A DNA stretch of 64,000 nucleotides from Harriotta raleighana (GCA_050575255.1 JBNZDD010013732.1:5984777-6048776), one strand, 5' to 3'; counted from the first letter of the stretch, positions 1-37,410 are shown. A program made the numbers and translations. The notes: generated by a model from the letters alone, not told the origin.

Positions 1-46
1 AGAAGATGAGAGTTCTATTTCGAATAATTATAACCTTTTCTTTAAC

Positions 47-262
47 AAAAACAGAGGTCACTGGGAACACTCAACAGGTCAGGCAGCATCTATGAAGAAA
101 GGAAAAGTGAGTCAAAGTTTTGGATCCAAGATCCTTTGTCGGATCGATAGGTTTGTGGACCAGAAACATTGACTCTTTTCTCCATAGATGCTGCCTGACC
201 TGCTGAGTGTTTCCAGCAACCTCTGTTTTTGTTTCAGATTTCCAGCATCTGCAGTATATTGC
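47..262. mobile_element. Penelope-like palindromic repeat (degenerate)
   Basis: Inverted arms caggtcaggcagcatctatg...catagatgctgcctgacctg; same family as 35759-35950. Confidence 0.7.
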
Positions 263-578
263 AGCTTGACAATCTTCTCCTTTGCAGTTATCAGCCCTTC
301 CTTTTTGGTTTGAAGGAAAACAACTGTTAACAGAGCAGTATTTTGCATTTTAGTTAACAGAGCAGTGTCTTTGGTCTGACTTGTCAAGGGCCAAGTGAAG
401 AACTAGGTTGGTAGTCCACAGAGGACACACAACAGCCTCATTTCATCTTTCCAGTTTAGGAAGAATGGAGTCATTGAGGCTGAAATCAGCACAAATTGTT
501 GACAAAAACATGTTCCAGTCAATATCTAAATCAGTGAGTTTCTTCAGCTAATTGATTTAGTGAGTGAACAGTCTACTC

Positions 579-894
579 CAGTAGTTCTCAACCTTTTTCA
601 GTAATGTACCCCTTATTAATTTTCAACATTATCGTGTACCCCCACCCAACCACATACACACACAAACCACCACCCTCATTCCACTTGCCTTGTATGACCA
701 AGCTTTTCATATATAACAAAATAACTAGCACATACAAAACGAGGGGAATAACAATTAAATATACAATTTGGAAGGCTATAAAATGTTAAATAAGAGCTAA
801 ATAAATCAATGTACCGCCACCTGTACCACCTGGAAGTAATTTTGTACCCCCTGGGGTCCCCTGAGGTAAATGTACCCCTGGTTGAGCACCGCTG
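579..894. mobile_element. hAT (Charlie-like) non-autonomous MITE
   Basis: TIRs CAGTAGTTCTCAACC ... GGTTGAGCACCGCTG; 8-bp TSD gtctactc/gtttactc (7/8). Confidence 0.8.
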
Positions 895-3254
895 GTTTAC
901 TCTGCTAATTTATTCAACCACATGCATGGTATGTTGTGTGTTGTCCAGCTCAGTCATCAATATTTGTCACGGGATAATTGTAGGCGTCAATTCGTCTCAG
1001 TTTTTTATGTTGTAATTCCCTATTTAGCAATTGACTGTGGAATTAATTAATACATTGAATGAAATGCCGTTGCTAACTTTGTTTCATTTGAGCAGCTATT
1101 TATGCACTGAAGCTGGGCAATTCAATTGTTGGACAGAGCTTTGTTTAATGATTTTTCTATGATTTTGGTCTATTGACTCCAGAGAAGTCAGTAAATGATT
1201 ATTCAAATGGTCTATATCTGTTTATTCAATTGNTAATGATTTTTCTATGATTTTGGTCTATTGACTCCAAAGAAGTCAGTAAATGATTATTCAAATGGTC
1301 TATATCTGTTTATTCAATTGCACTCATATGAATGCTATCATAACAGTTGTCTAAGGAAGTATTTTAATATTTATTTTAAATCCATTTTTATCTGAAACAA
1401 ATGAATCTTCATCTGTTTACTTTGTCACAAACTGTTTGAACCTCGAGTGAACAGATCAACACTGTAAGTGTTTGTCTCAATACTGGAGCTCTGGGGCAAA
1501 CATTAAAAAGTGGACACATTTCTAAAATTCAATAACATCTTCTCAAATTATCTAACCACTCACAGATACGCATTTCACACTTTATACCATTACTTTATAT
1601 CACACAGATAATACTTTTACAAACTTTATAACTGATTTCTGGTTTCTATAAACATTAGCTTTGGGGTTCAGGCCTGGCTGAGTTTTTGCTTATTACCTGG
1701 TGATATGTTCAGCAGTCGACAAGCAGTCTGGATCTCATTGCAAACTTCTTGGATTATCAAGGACTGGATCTGTTCCAGCAATGTCTCAGTGTCTACATCC
1801 ACGTACCCAGGTCCCTGAGTAGGGAATGTGTCGTATTCCAGAGGTTTGCATAGAACATCTTGTACCAGGTATGATGATCCAGGGAACAGACTTGTCGTAC
1901 TACCAGCTGAAGTGTCCTGTACAATTTCCTTCTCCCTGGATTCTAATAAGTTAAAATGTGTCCAGTGCAAAGGACTCAGGTTTCCCCAGGGTAAAGTGGA
2001 CAATGTCAAATTAGGAACAGAAGGAGCAAAGCTCCTAGTTGCCTTTGTTTCAGTTAAACCTTCATTCTGTTTTGGGGGGATTTCTCCAGGATTTCCAGAT
2101 TCTAACACATCCAGCTGAAGCTGATAGGAATTTGGTCCATCACAGTACATCTTGGTCTTTCTCCTTGAAGTGAACCCCGATCATCTGATCAACCACTGTA
2201 GACGTGCACCATAGCAAAACTTGCCCAGTGTTTCGCCTCTGTATTTAATGACCCGTGCTCCCTGCTCTCATTATATGCAGGGAATACTTCCATTGTGCAA
2301 TGTGAAATCAGGAGTCCATGGCCACCTAAAGCATCTTAGGCTGTGCAATCGAGCATCTTGGTGCTAAGTAACAAACTTCAGAACATTCTTCATTTAAAAT
2401 GCACTGACCTTTGTCACCACTTTACCTCAATGTGTTTCCATGGTATTTCCACTAGCGCACTTTGTATTTGCTGGGGAATTGGATTAAGTAAAACAATTCT
2501 TCGGCAATACTTTAAGGCCCTGCAACAGCTTCTTGCATTGCCATTTGTCCAAGGCTGTCCTTAAACTGTTATATCTTCAGTGAGTGTGGGGTGGTAACAA
2601 AGGATGGAGAGGATGGTAATCCCAAAACAACCAACTTGCCATTGAGATGAAAGCAGCTTCACAGTAAGTCTTCTCCTTTGAGTTGAATTTGTTTATCTAG
2701 CCTGCTGCAGGGACATTAACATCGTGTAATCGGCAGCACAAAGCCTTTACGTCTTGACTTTACACCCCCCTGAGAGCCTGACAGCCTAAATGTCCCCAAT
2801 CCACTTTTGCCAATACTTTCAACTGCACAACGCACACACTGAGACGCCTAAGTGGCTTTTCTGCTAAATCAAGCAATAACAGAAGGGAAAATAATTTAAA
2901 GTCAGGAGAAAATAAAAGTTAAATAATTAGAGTAAAGAAGCAGCAGCTCCTACAACTAAAAAAATCAATGTTAGATGTTTGTTTAACTTGAAGTGAATTT
3001 TGGCATAATGTTTATTTGAAGCAAACTGCCCAATGGAGAAGGAGAGTGTTAAATGTTTGTATCTGGTAATCCAGTTTTGGACCTGTATGAATTCCACCTT
3101 TAAAAACCATCTGCAATACAGATCCTCTTTTTGCACATTTAATAAGAAAATATTTCATTTGAAGTAAATATTTGCAGAAATCATTTTTTCCAGTTACAAT
3201 ACAATATGCAAACTTTCGAGCATTTCTCTTCTGTGGAAGATGGTGTTTTAGCTC

Positions 3255-3560
3255 AAAGCCCAGTCTGACATTCTATGGCTGTCCTGGGGATAAGATGTCA
3301 AAATGAGGGTCCTGTTTGCCTGTTCATGTGGACGTTAAAGATCCATGATATTATTCTAAAAGAGAAAATAATTTCTCCCGGTGTCCTGGTGAACAATCTC
3401 TCTGATAAAAAATTGGGCATTACCCTACACAAAATAGCTGTCATATTTACCTGAAATAATGAAATACTACACTTTACAATTCTACAATCACTCCACTTTA
3501 CACAGCAATTGTTGAAGCACATGGAGACATTTTGGCGTGACATCAAAGAGACAGATTTTA
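3255..3560 (+). mobile_element. Deu-domain SINE fragment
   Basis: gtggacgttaaagatccatg...ttctcccggtgtcctgg core shared with the 21850 and 45355 copies. Confidence 0.6.
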
Positions 3561-4376
3561 TTTGTATTTTGGAAATCCTGGGAATGTGGAAAGGCTTTCT
3601 GTCTCTTTGATCTTAGCTCTACTTCCTGCTGGCTCACATCATATCTCAATTTTACTTCTCTAACATGACTAGTTGTCTCATAAATTAATTTACATTGTAT
3701 GCATAAATGATCTGATAACTTGTTCTATGTATCATATTCAGTTTGAGTGAAATAGTTCCTATTTATTTCTAATATATCTAGGTACTGATGGATAACTTAG
3801 ACACCTGATATATTGTGGCTTACATTGCTCTTTTAAGGGACTTTTGATATGGGAATCGGCTGCAAGGAGGTTAGGTTTTGGCCTACACTGATCTGTTGTT
3901 AATCTCCCTGGAAGTGCAGGCGGTTTCAAAGCGGGCATGTCTATTTATCAGGGACTCTCACATGAGGATTTTGATTAAACAATTGATCCAGAGTAAGACT
4001 GGACCTCGAGAATATCAAGGAGCCTATCACATTACAAGCTGTCCTGAAGAGGTTCTCCCACCACACTGATGGCAAATGTCCACCAGATAGCTGTGGAGAA
4101 AACTATGAGACTTGGGGCGATATGAGCTTTGTTGCCCACCAGGAAGCTTGTAGGTAGTTCCTGGTACCTATCACCACCAGTGGGGACTCACACCCGCGCT
4201 TGTCAGACGTCAAGTAACCAACTAGTGACTATCCTCCTTGGGGTGGGAGGGAAAGGAGTCTCCATGAAGCTGAACTGGTTCCAAGATGACATATTTGAAA
4301 ATAGAGTATCGAAATTGAGCCAGCTCTCTGTAGTGGTCTCGTTAGTTCGGTTCCTGAGCCAGCCAGCCCCAATGTT

Positions 4377-4709
4377 TGGTTTGGATATTCTTAAACATGG
4401 TGAAGGGTTTTGGCATGTATCAGACACTCAGCTGACTAAAAAAAAGTCTCTCTCTGTTAATCCCAGTCTCTTTGGGTTGTTAAAATGATCTTTTTTTGTG
4501 TAAAATATAGTGATTGTTTGAATATTTATAGGCTAACGTGATAGCCAATGTGCCATAAACAACCAAAAGTTGTCGGGTGTTATTCCAGCTTAATTGGTAG
4601 CAGTCTTGGCAGAATTCAAAACAATTTTGGTGTGGTGTTGGGGGTGTGTTGGTCAACTGGGTATCTAACACACGGAAACCCATCACCATGCTTAAGAGTA
4701 TCCAAACCA
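4377..4709. mobile_element. MITE-like element with about 63-bp imperfect terminal inverted repeats
   Basis: TGGTTTGGATATTCTTAAACATGGTGAAGGG... (4377) versus ...CCCATCACCATGCTTAAGAGTATCCAAACCA (4709); no clear TSD. Confidence 0.6.
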
Positions 4710-6019
4710 GTCCAAGAGATACATTGCTGGATTGTGCACTCTCTCCCTGGAGGGACGCATCCTGCTGAACTAATTCCATAAAAATATTAGGTGCAGGTTG
4801 ACAAGAGCCAAGGTTTGGAGACTCCAGAGTATGCGTTGGGGGTACAATTGAGAGTCTAACCGTCTAAAACTGCAGTTTTCCATTGATGTTGCTGCCCACA
4901 TCTGTTGCAACTGCTTGCCCAGCTAGTTCCACCCCTACCATTAGTTTGGCTTGTAGGGTTAACAGGAGCTGAGTGAAACAACTCCCTGCCCTCCCACCGC
5001 TGCTGATGAGCCGGGATGGCTGTGCTGTCATCAGCTGTGGCCTGAAATACTGAAGACCACCACAGTTCAGGAACCAGACGAGAGACCCACAGATTGTAAA
5101 CCCAATTTTGACATGCCATTGCCCGTCATGTCAACTCGGTGCCAGTCCAGCTCCAAGGAGATCCGGCTTACCTCCATTTGAGGAGGATGGTCACTAATCG
5201 GTTATTCGGCATCCAACAAGCATGGGTTTGAGCCTCACTAGGTGGGTGGTAGGTATAAGGAACTCCCTGCAGCCTTCCCGACATCTCAGCATGAAATGCC
5301 TAAGAGCATTACCACCATCTTCCAATCCGCAGCTCGGACACACATCCCTTCCCATTGAGCGACAGTTCCTTGGGATCCCCAGGGTCTTGGGACATGCTCC
5401 AGATGTGAAAGGCGCTCTATAAATGTAATTCTGTTGTTGTTATTATTGTTCTTCCACTAATTGGAGGTGTGGAAGTTTAAACACCAGGGTCTTGGGACCT
5501 CCACCCAACGTGAAATGCGCTCTACAAATGTAATTTTATTGTTGTTCTTCTTCAGATGAGGCATTAAATGGAGACCATGAAATCCCATTGCCTTGGGAGG
5601 TCCTCCCAAAGTGAAAGGCGCTATACAATATAATTTGTAATTGTTGTTGGCTGCCTCCTTAGATGGACAGACGGAGCTTGCCATGCGTTAAAGATCCGAG
5701 TGTCTTGGCTAACAGTCCCTCTAAGTAAAATTGGTAGATTTGTGGACGTTTGGACATCCATGTGCAAATTGGCTACTGTATTTGCATATGAAATAGTTCA
5801 CAATAACAACAACTTTGATTTATACAGCGCCCTCCACGTTGGACGGAGTCTCGGAGCGCTTCGAATAAATCTTGTGAACTACTTTGACATGTCCTCCTGA
5901 TGTCAAAGACACTACTGAATATTGAAATGCAAGGATTATTTGTTTATCTATGCATTATTTACTATTTTATAATCTGGGGGAATTGTTCAACCTGGGGAAT
6001 TCGCTAATTGTTTTAATGT

Positions 6020-6623
6020 GCTTCAGACGGCGTCTCTTGAGACTGCAACGCTCCCCCTCACCCACCCCGGGTTGGGAGTGTCAGGCATGCGCCCAGTCCG
6101 CGGGCAAGAGTGCTGGCCATCGGGCCAGTGGTATCAGTCTGGAGGATGAGTGCAAAGCAACAACAAATGACATTTGTAATATTAATAATCCTTGCGTTTG
6201 ATACGTAGCGTTTTTAATCACATCGTCGAGACGCACCCCCCTCTCCGCCACCACCCCCTGAAAAAAAAACACCCGCACAGGGAATATTGTCGAGTGGATT
6301 GATTGGATATTTGTGGGTGAAACACAATGAGCGATAGAAACAAAATTTATACACGTTGTGTCTTTTAGAGGTGGGAGGAGGGAGGGGAAGAGGAGGAGAG
6401 AGGGGAGGGGAAAGAGCAGGGAGGAGGGAGGGGAAGGGAAAGAGGAAGGGGGGGGGTGGAGTGGAATGGGAGGAGAGAAAGGGAGGCGGGTATCGAACCC
6501 AGGACCCTGAGCCCCGCGTAGTGAGTGAGTGAGTGAGTGTCAGTCAGTTACCCCTGGGCCAGGCTTCACTGTCCCCTCTGACCCCGGAAGTGCTGTATAG
6601 CTTCTCCTGCCGCTGCTGCCAAC
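6020..6623 (+). promoter_or_regulatory. CpG-rich housekeeping promoter/5' UTR of ARFGAP3
   Basis: CpG enrichment from about 6020 to 7400; ETS/GABP motif CCGGAAGTG at 6584-6592; GC box GGGAGGCGGG at 6481-6490; NRF1-like GCATGCGC at 6085-6092. Confidence 0.75.
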
Positions 6624-31861
<25,238 letters not shown>

Positions 31862-32864
31862 CTGAACAGGAACATTCTAATTAAATAAACTTGAAACGTT
31901 CAGAAGTGATTTACATTTGCCTGTCTGCTGCACCGGTGATTATCAAACATTGTGAAGGAGAATTCATCAGTGATATGGCAGTCGATTGCCCTAGTTAAAT
32001 GCTTATAGTCCATCTGCTGATCTTTATCTCGGCTCCAATTTACTTGTGAGTTTGTCAAATAGTTGATTTGTCTCAGGTAATGCCGTGCTTTATATATTTT
32101 ATAAAATTAAAAAAAACTCAATGTAGGAGAAGGCAATGCATTTTTTTTCTTTAGTTTGAGCACAAACTACTTTTTCTAAAAGTTAATTTTTAATGAAAAG
32201 CAGGGGTGTTTAAAGAAAAGCAGAAGTGTATTAAACATATAAAACATTAGCTAGTTTGGGGAAAGGGTGCAATACACAATAAAAAAAGAAAAAGCTATCG
32301 CGATAAACATTGCAACATAGGCAAAATCTGTAGCTTTAATGAAGTGCTCTTATAAATTGGAATTTCTGTCCTATTTGAAGAAACAGTGTTTGTCCAATTT
32401 AAAACACTAAGCTGAACTCTGGGCAAGTGAGTGTGCAGTTTCTTACGTGAATTGCTTGCTTTACTGGAACAGATTGCCTCTTCAGATCAGTTCAGTTCAA
32501 TTGTAAGATCGTCTTGTTCATCAGTACTTTGAAGTGGTGATAATTTGCCAAATGTCTCTTGGTAGCCTTTAAGTCTAGTCTACAACTTGGAAGAATGGCA
32601 ATGACAACAAAGTGAATGTGAGGCAGGCACCACATTGGGAATTACAAATGATTGGAGAGTGACTATTGTTTTCTGTTTACTACAGAAACCTATAAGGTGT
32701 GCTTTTTGAAAACAAATACCCACTACTCATGGACTAACTAAAATAACTGTAAATGGTGACAAATTGTAGTTGTGTATTGTAATGAATCTTTCATCTTGGG
32801 ATCATTATGTTTAATTACACACACATTGTCAAAAGGCTGGTCTGATATGTATACATATATTTCT

Positions 32865-32870
32865 AATAAA
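32865..32870 (+). terminator. candidate polyadenylation signal of ARFGAP3
   Basis: AATAAA about 1 kb after the stop codon, followed by T/GT-rich sequence; other AATAAA at 31884 and about 34265. Confidence 0.55.
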
Positions 32871-34374
32871 AATATATACATTTGCTTCTTTTAAGTGGCT
32901 CTGTGTAAAAAAAAATTGAAAACAAAGGAGGATTTTAGAGTGGTCAGTGTTAACAGCAACTGATGTATGTATTCTCACTCTTAAGGTTGAAATGCATGGT
33001 GTGATAGTCTCAAAAACAAATACACAATATTAGTGAGTGACTTTAGGGGGAGACAGTGTGAAGGATACACTCATGATGCAAAATGTTATAAGGTAAATAC
33101 AATAATATCTGTGTTTGGTGATTTGTGGAAAGGTGCTCTGTAGAAGAAAAATGCCTCAGAAGAGGATTGGAAAAATTTGAGAAATTAAATCTTTTGTTCT
33201 AGCACTAATTGCTGATGTACAGTACATTCTTCCCCAGAGTAGTGGGATTGTCTTCATGTCCTCGTATAATAACCTAGCCACTACTGGGTGTTCAGAAAGG
33301 CACACGTACTGTCCTATGTGGACAAACAAAATAAGGATATCCTGGAGCTTCACTAGCCTGATCCACAGCAGCATCATCAGAGGCATGAACTTGTCCATCC
33401 TGATGGCAATGCCGCTGGCCTGGTGAGACTGTATCCAGTTTGCTTCTCATAACATCATAAACAATATCATCCAAACCTCTCTTGTTATAGTGCATTTTTT
33501 CCAATCAGTTTAGAGCATCGCCCTTTAACCACTTACAAACTGCAGTAGTTACAACCAATTCAGCATTTTTATGTGTTCCGACTGGAATGATTACAAACGG
33601 TGTGATTTGGAACATAGTATTTGAAATAAGACAAGGAGTTTGTCAGATTCCCTCTCGTCAGGGATATTCCCCTTGATATGCCTGTCCTTAATATAATAAA
33701 CAGTCAAACCCTGGACATTTCACAGCTCTCCTATTTAATCTGATCTCAATTAGCCAACAAATCATGCTCACATTGTAAATGACAGAGGTATGATCCTGAG
33801 GTGGAACTTCATGAGTAGGTGTAATGTTAGCTTGTTACTAGAGCACACATGGAATGGGTAGTCAGACTGCAGACAGTTTCAGAGACAGGGATATTAGGCT
33901 GGCATTTTTCTGTTTATCCTTCAATGTGTGCACAGTGACACCAGCGGGAATTTCACCCAAAACAATTATCCATGACCCTGTACAATATATGTAATGAACA
34001 TAGTGTAGCTTTAAAAAAGTGTTTGGAATTTCTTGTTTGAAGAAGTGGTGTTTGTACAATTTAAAAACTATGGACAAGTAAGTGTGCAGTTTCCTATATG
34101 AATTGTTTCTTGAACAGATTGCCTCCTTAGATCAGATTACAGTGTACAGGTGGTGAGGTACAATTGTGGGTAGAAACCTTTAATTTGGGGCTATTATGTT
34201 TAAATTGCACATAGATGAAAAAAAAAAGTCAAAAAAGCTGGTCCGAATGTAAATGTCAGTTTCTAATAAAAAATACATTTTGCTTCATCTAAGTGGCTCA
34301 GTGTTTAAATGAGATGTTAAAAATAAAAAAGTAATAATCCTTGATGTAACTCCTCATCATGTTGTTGATATTCC

Positions 34375-34845
34375 AAATGTCTGTGACCAGGACTCTCTCT
34401 GCTTATTTGTCCTCGACCTCTGCTGTCTTCGACACTGTTGACCTCTCTATGCTCTTACATGGCTACCCCTCTTAGCTCAGTCTTCACAGACCTGTCCTTG
34501 CTTGGTTCAAATCTTACGTCTCCCACCGTTTCCACTCTGTTGCCACTAATGGCTTCTCCTCCAGCTCCCTCATCGTCATCACATGAATCGTTCCCCCAGG
34601 GCTCTGTTCTTGGCTCTCTACTTTTCAATATCCACATGCTCCCCCTTCCAGACATGGGGTCAACAGACATAGATGACACCCAGTTGTCCGCTCTGCCTCC
34701 AAACTTCATTCCAGGACCATAGCTGTCCTCACAGACTCCCTGCGACGTCCTCCAGATGTGAAAGGTGCTTTACAAATGTAATTTTATTGTTGTTCGACAG
34801 CAAATCCTGGATGAGAGCTAACTTTCTGCATTTGAATATCAACAA
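34375..34845 (+). mobile_element. decayed L2 RT fragment
   Basis: LDL..VFDTVD, PQGSVLGSLLFNIHM, DDTQL, SWMRANFLHLN remnants. Confidence 0.75.
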
Positions 34846-35471
34846 AGAAGTAGATTGTGCGTACAGCATTGAAACAACCCTATCGACTTGTATTAATACT
34901 CCATTAAAGACTACCACTCCTAATCCCCTCTTCCTATCTACCTCTCATACCCCTTCATTGCCTTCTCATGTGTATCATTTGAGATTGCCCTTAAATGCAT
35001 AATTGCTGTTTGCTTTAACCACAACTTCCAGCTCTGAGTTCCCCATTCTCACTACCCTCTGTGTGTTGGGTGGTTTTATATAATTCCTCTGTGGAATAAG
35101 CCTCTCTGGTTTGGATCTGCTAGCTGTCTTACATTTATGTTAATGTGAAAGATTTGATTTGTTCAAGCCAATAGAGGGCAGCAAATGTCCCTTCATCAGT
35201 GGTCTCTGTGCTGTTCACCAGAATAGATTTCAAGTGTTTCTCTCCAGACTCATGCTATTTAAATTATTGAACTTTAAGACTGTTCACTGTCTAGAATAAT
35301 AATAGCCAGGATTATTATTCTTTAATACTGCCATGGCAATGTGCTATTGTCTGGTTTGCGCTGTGGCTGGAATCTGCTTGGCGAAGGCTGTGAAGAGATT
35401 GTGTTCATGATTATTAAATTTTTTGGAAATAAACATGATTTTCTAAGTCAAATTTGATGCCAATGTGCAAT

Positions 35472-35729
35472 GTGGAGTCCTGTGGCTCAGTGGTTAGAGC
35501 ACTCGCTTTCCAGGTGAGAGACCTGGGTTCAATTCCCGGCAGGTCAGGGCGAAACCTTGGGCAAGTTTCCTTACTCCACACGCCTGATAACAATCCTTCC
35601 AAAAAAACAATAATAAATTGGTCATTTCAATCCATGACTGTTATGGGGCACAGCTGTGCGCAAAATGGCTGCCGAGTTTCACCCACAAATACACAGTCAA
35701 TTCACTTTACAGTGCATCTGTGAAGTGTG
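35472..35729 (+). mobile_element. tRNA-derived SINE with intact A/B boxes
   Basis: GTGGCTCAGTGGTTAGAGC (A box) and GGTTCAATTCC (B box), followed by the family body. Confidence 0.85.
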
Positions 35730-35758
35730 CTAAACCAGTCACTAATTTCTCTCTAACA

Positions 35759-35950
35759 AAAACAGAAGTTGCTGGGGAAACTCAGCAGGTCAGGCAGCAT
35801 CCACGGAGAAAGGAAAGCGAGTCAACGTTTCGTGTCCACGACCCTTCGTCAGTTGAGTCGCTTTCCTTTCTCCATGGATGCTGCCTGACCTGCTGAATTT
35901 CCCCAGCAACTTCTGTTTTGGTTTCAGATTCCCAGCATCTGTAGTATTTT
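35759..35950. mobile_element. Penelope-like palindromic element with a hammerhead-type core
   Basis: 68-bp inverted arms 35759-35826 / 35852-35919 with 3 mismatches; the minus-strand loop reads CTGACGA-AGGGTCGTGGACAC-GAAAC. Confidence 0.75.
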
Positions 35951-36835
35951 GTGTTTTGTTACTGATTTCTCTCTGTTCCTCTGACGTTATTTAAAACCTG
36001 CCTCAAGCCTGCCTGCCTTATTTTGGTGTGTCCTTTGCCTCTAAGTGTTCATGTCTCACTATTTGATACCACTTCCTATCTGCCTGCTGGCTGATCTCTA
36101 TCCTCGCAAAGGAAGAACAATTGAGTGTAAAAGGAGGGTAATCTGACGGACCCAAAATGTGCCTGTCTCCCAAAACTCTACTCACTTCCTTCAACCAGTC
36201 AGGATCTTTAAGAAAAAGACTGACATAAAAATAAATGTCCAGATCCACTTATACCCGCTCTCAATGTGGAAGCTGTTTGTGCTATTTATTGGATATAATC
36301 AAGAAGACACATTGGGCTGATACATACATTTATATTTAAACTAAATTACACCAAGTTACAAATGTCAGAGCATAACAACCACTGCCTTTAACAACAACAA
36401 GTGAGGGGTAAAGAGCTCACCCCTCCAGTTTGTGACAAACTTTCAAGGCTCTAGTATTACAGCAAAGGGTTACATTTCCAGGGTAGAATACAAAGTACAA
36501 CAGGCAATAAAATCAACACAGTCAGGAGTTGCGAAATAGAAATAGCACACTGACTTGCCTGTCTGCTTTTTGTCTGTTTTGCCGAAGTATTCATCAAGTT
36601 GGTACAATGAATAATATCATGAGAAATTCAGACGTACAGAGATTTCATTTTGATTTTTGCTCCAATTTTCTCCTGTACCAAAGATACTGACTCCAGCTAT
36701 CGTTGCAGCTGTCCTCTGATAGAGCACTGAAGTGACCACTTACCCAAACCAGCATAGTTGTGGTTTTGAATGGTTCATATTCTATTTTTATGAATGAATC
36801 CATCACAGGAGATTGAGAATACAATGTTTTTAAAT

Positions 36836-37410
36836 TTAGAAAGTGAGTGTCATTGGGAGCCTGGTCAAGAATTGGTACATTGTTATAATGAACATGAGAT
36901 AGGTCTGAGTGTTACACAGACAGCATGAACACCAATAGTAAGACAAACTATTTAATGTGTCAATTGCACAGCTGTCTATCTCACTGGGAGTATCCAGAAT
37001 CCTTGATACAAGTGATCCTTGACCATCCACACCTCTGGCTCAGTGTTTGGTAGGCAGTTGCTGGTTTGGCTACAATCCCTACAGGTTATACTCACACACA
37101 TTTGCTCAACTTTGGTACAGAATTTGATTTTACCATTCATCAAGCAGCAGGTATACAATTTGCATTGTCATTTAGCAGACATTTTGTGGGAACCCCACTC
37201 CTTTTAATCTCATTATTTTTCGGCAGGTAAGCAGATGGATATCTTGTGAATGTCACCCACAAGGTAGGTGCAGAAGTACATTGACTCCCACTCCTCGCAC
37301 ACAGACTCGCACAATTGGCCATCCAAAGTGTACTCATTTGTCGCCTCAGAACGAACAACAATGGGATGAGAGTGGAAGTCATGTTGTAATTCATAGTGTC
37401 AGCAATTAAC
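36836..37410 (-). pseudogene. possible decayed exon encoding Cys-rich repeats
   Basis: Strong acceptor tttttctgtttcag at about 37410; frames give EYTLDGQLCESVCEEWESMYFC..C.P, LYTCCLMNGKIKFC and LSYYWC, interrupted by stops and frameshifts. Confidence 0.35.

Noticed and set aside
1146-1320. 87-bp direct repeat
   Set aside because: Joined at a single N (1233); an artefact, not a CRISPR-like or functional repeat.
35472-35545. tRNA-like sequences (also at 47086 and other SINE heads)
   Set aside because: They continue into the multicopy SINE body and lack a proper acceptor stem; not tRNA genes.
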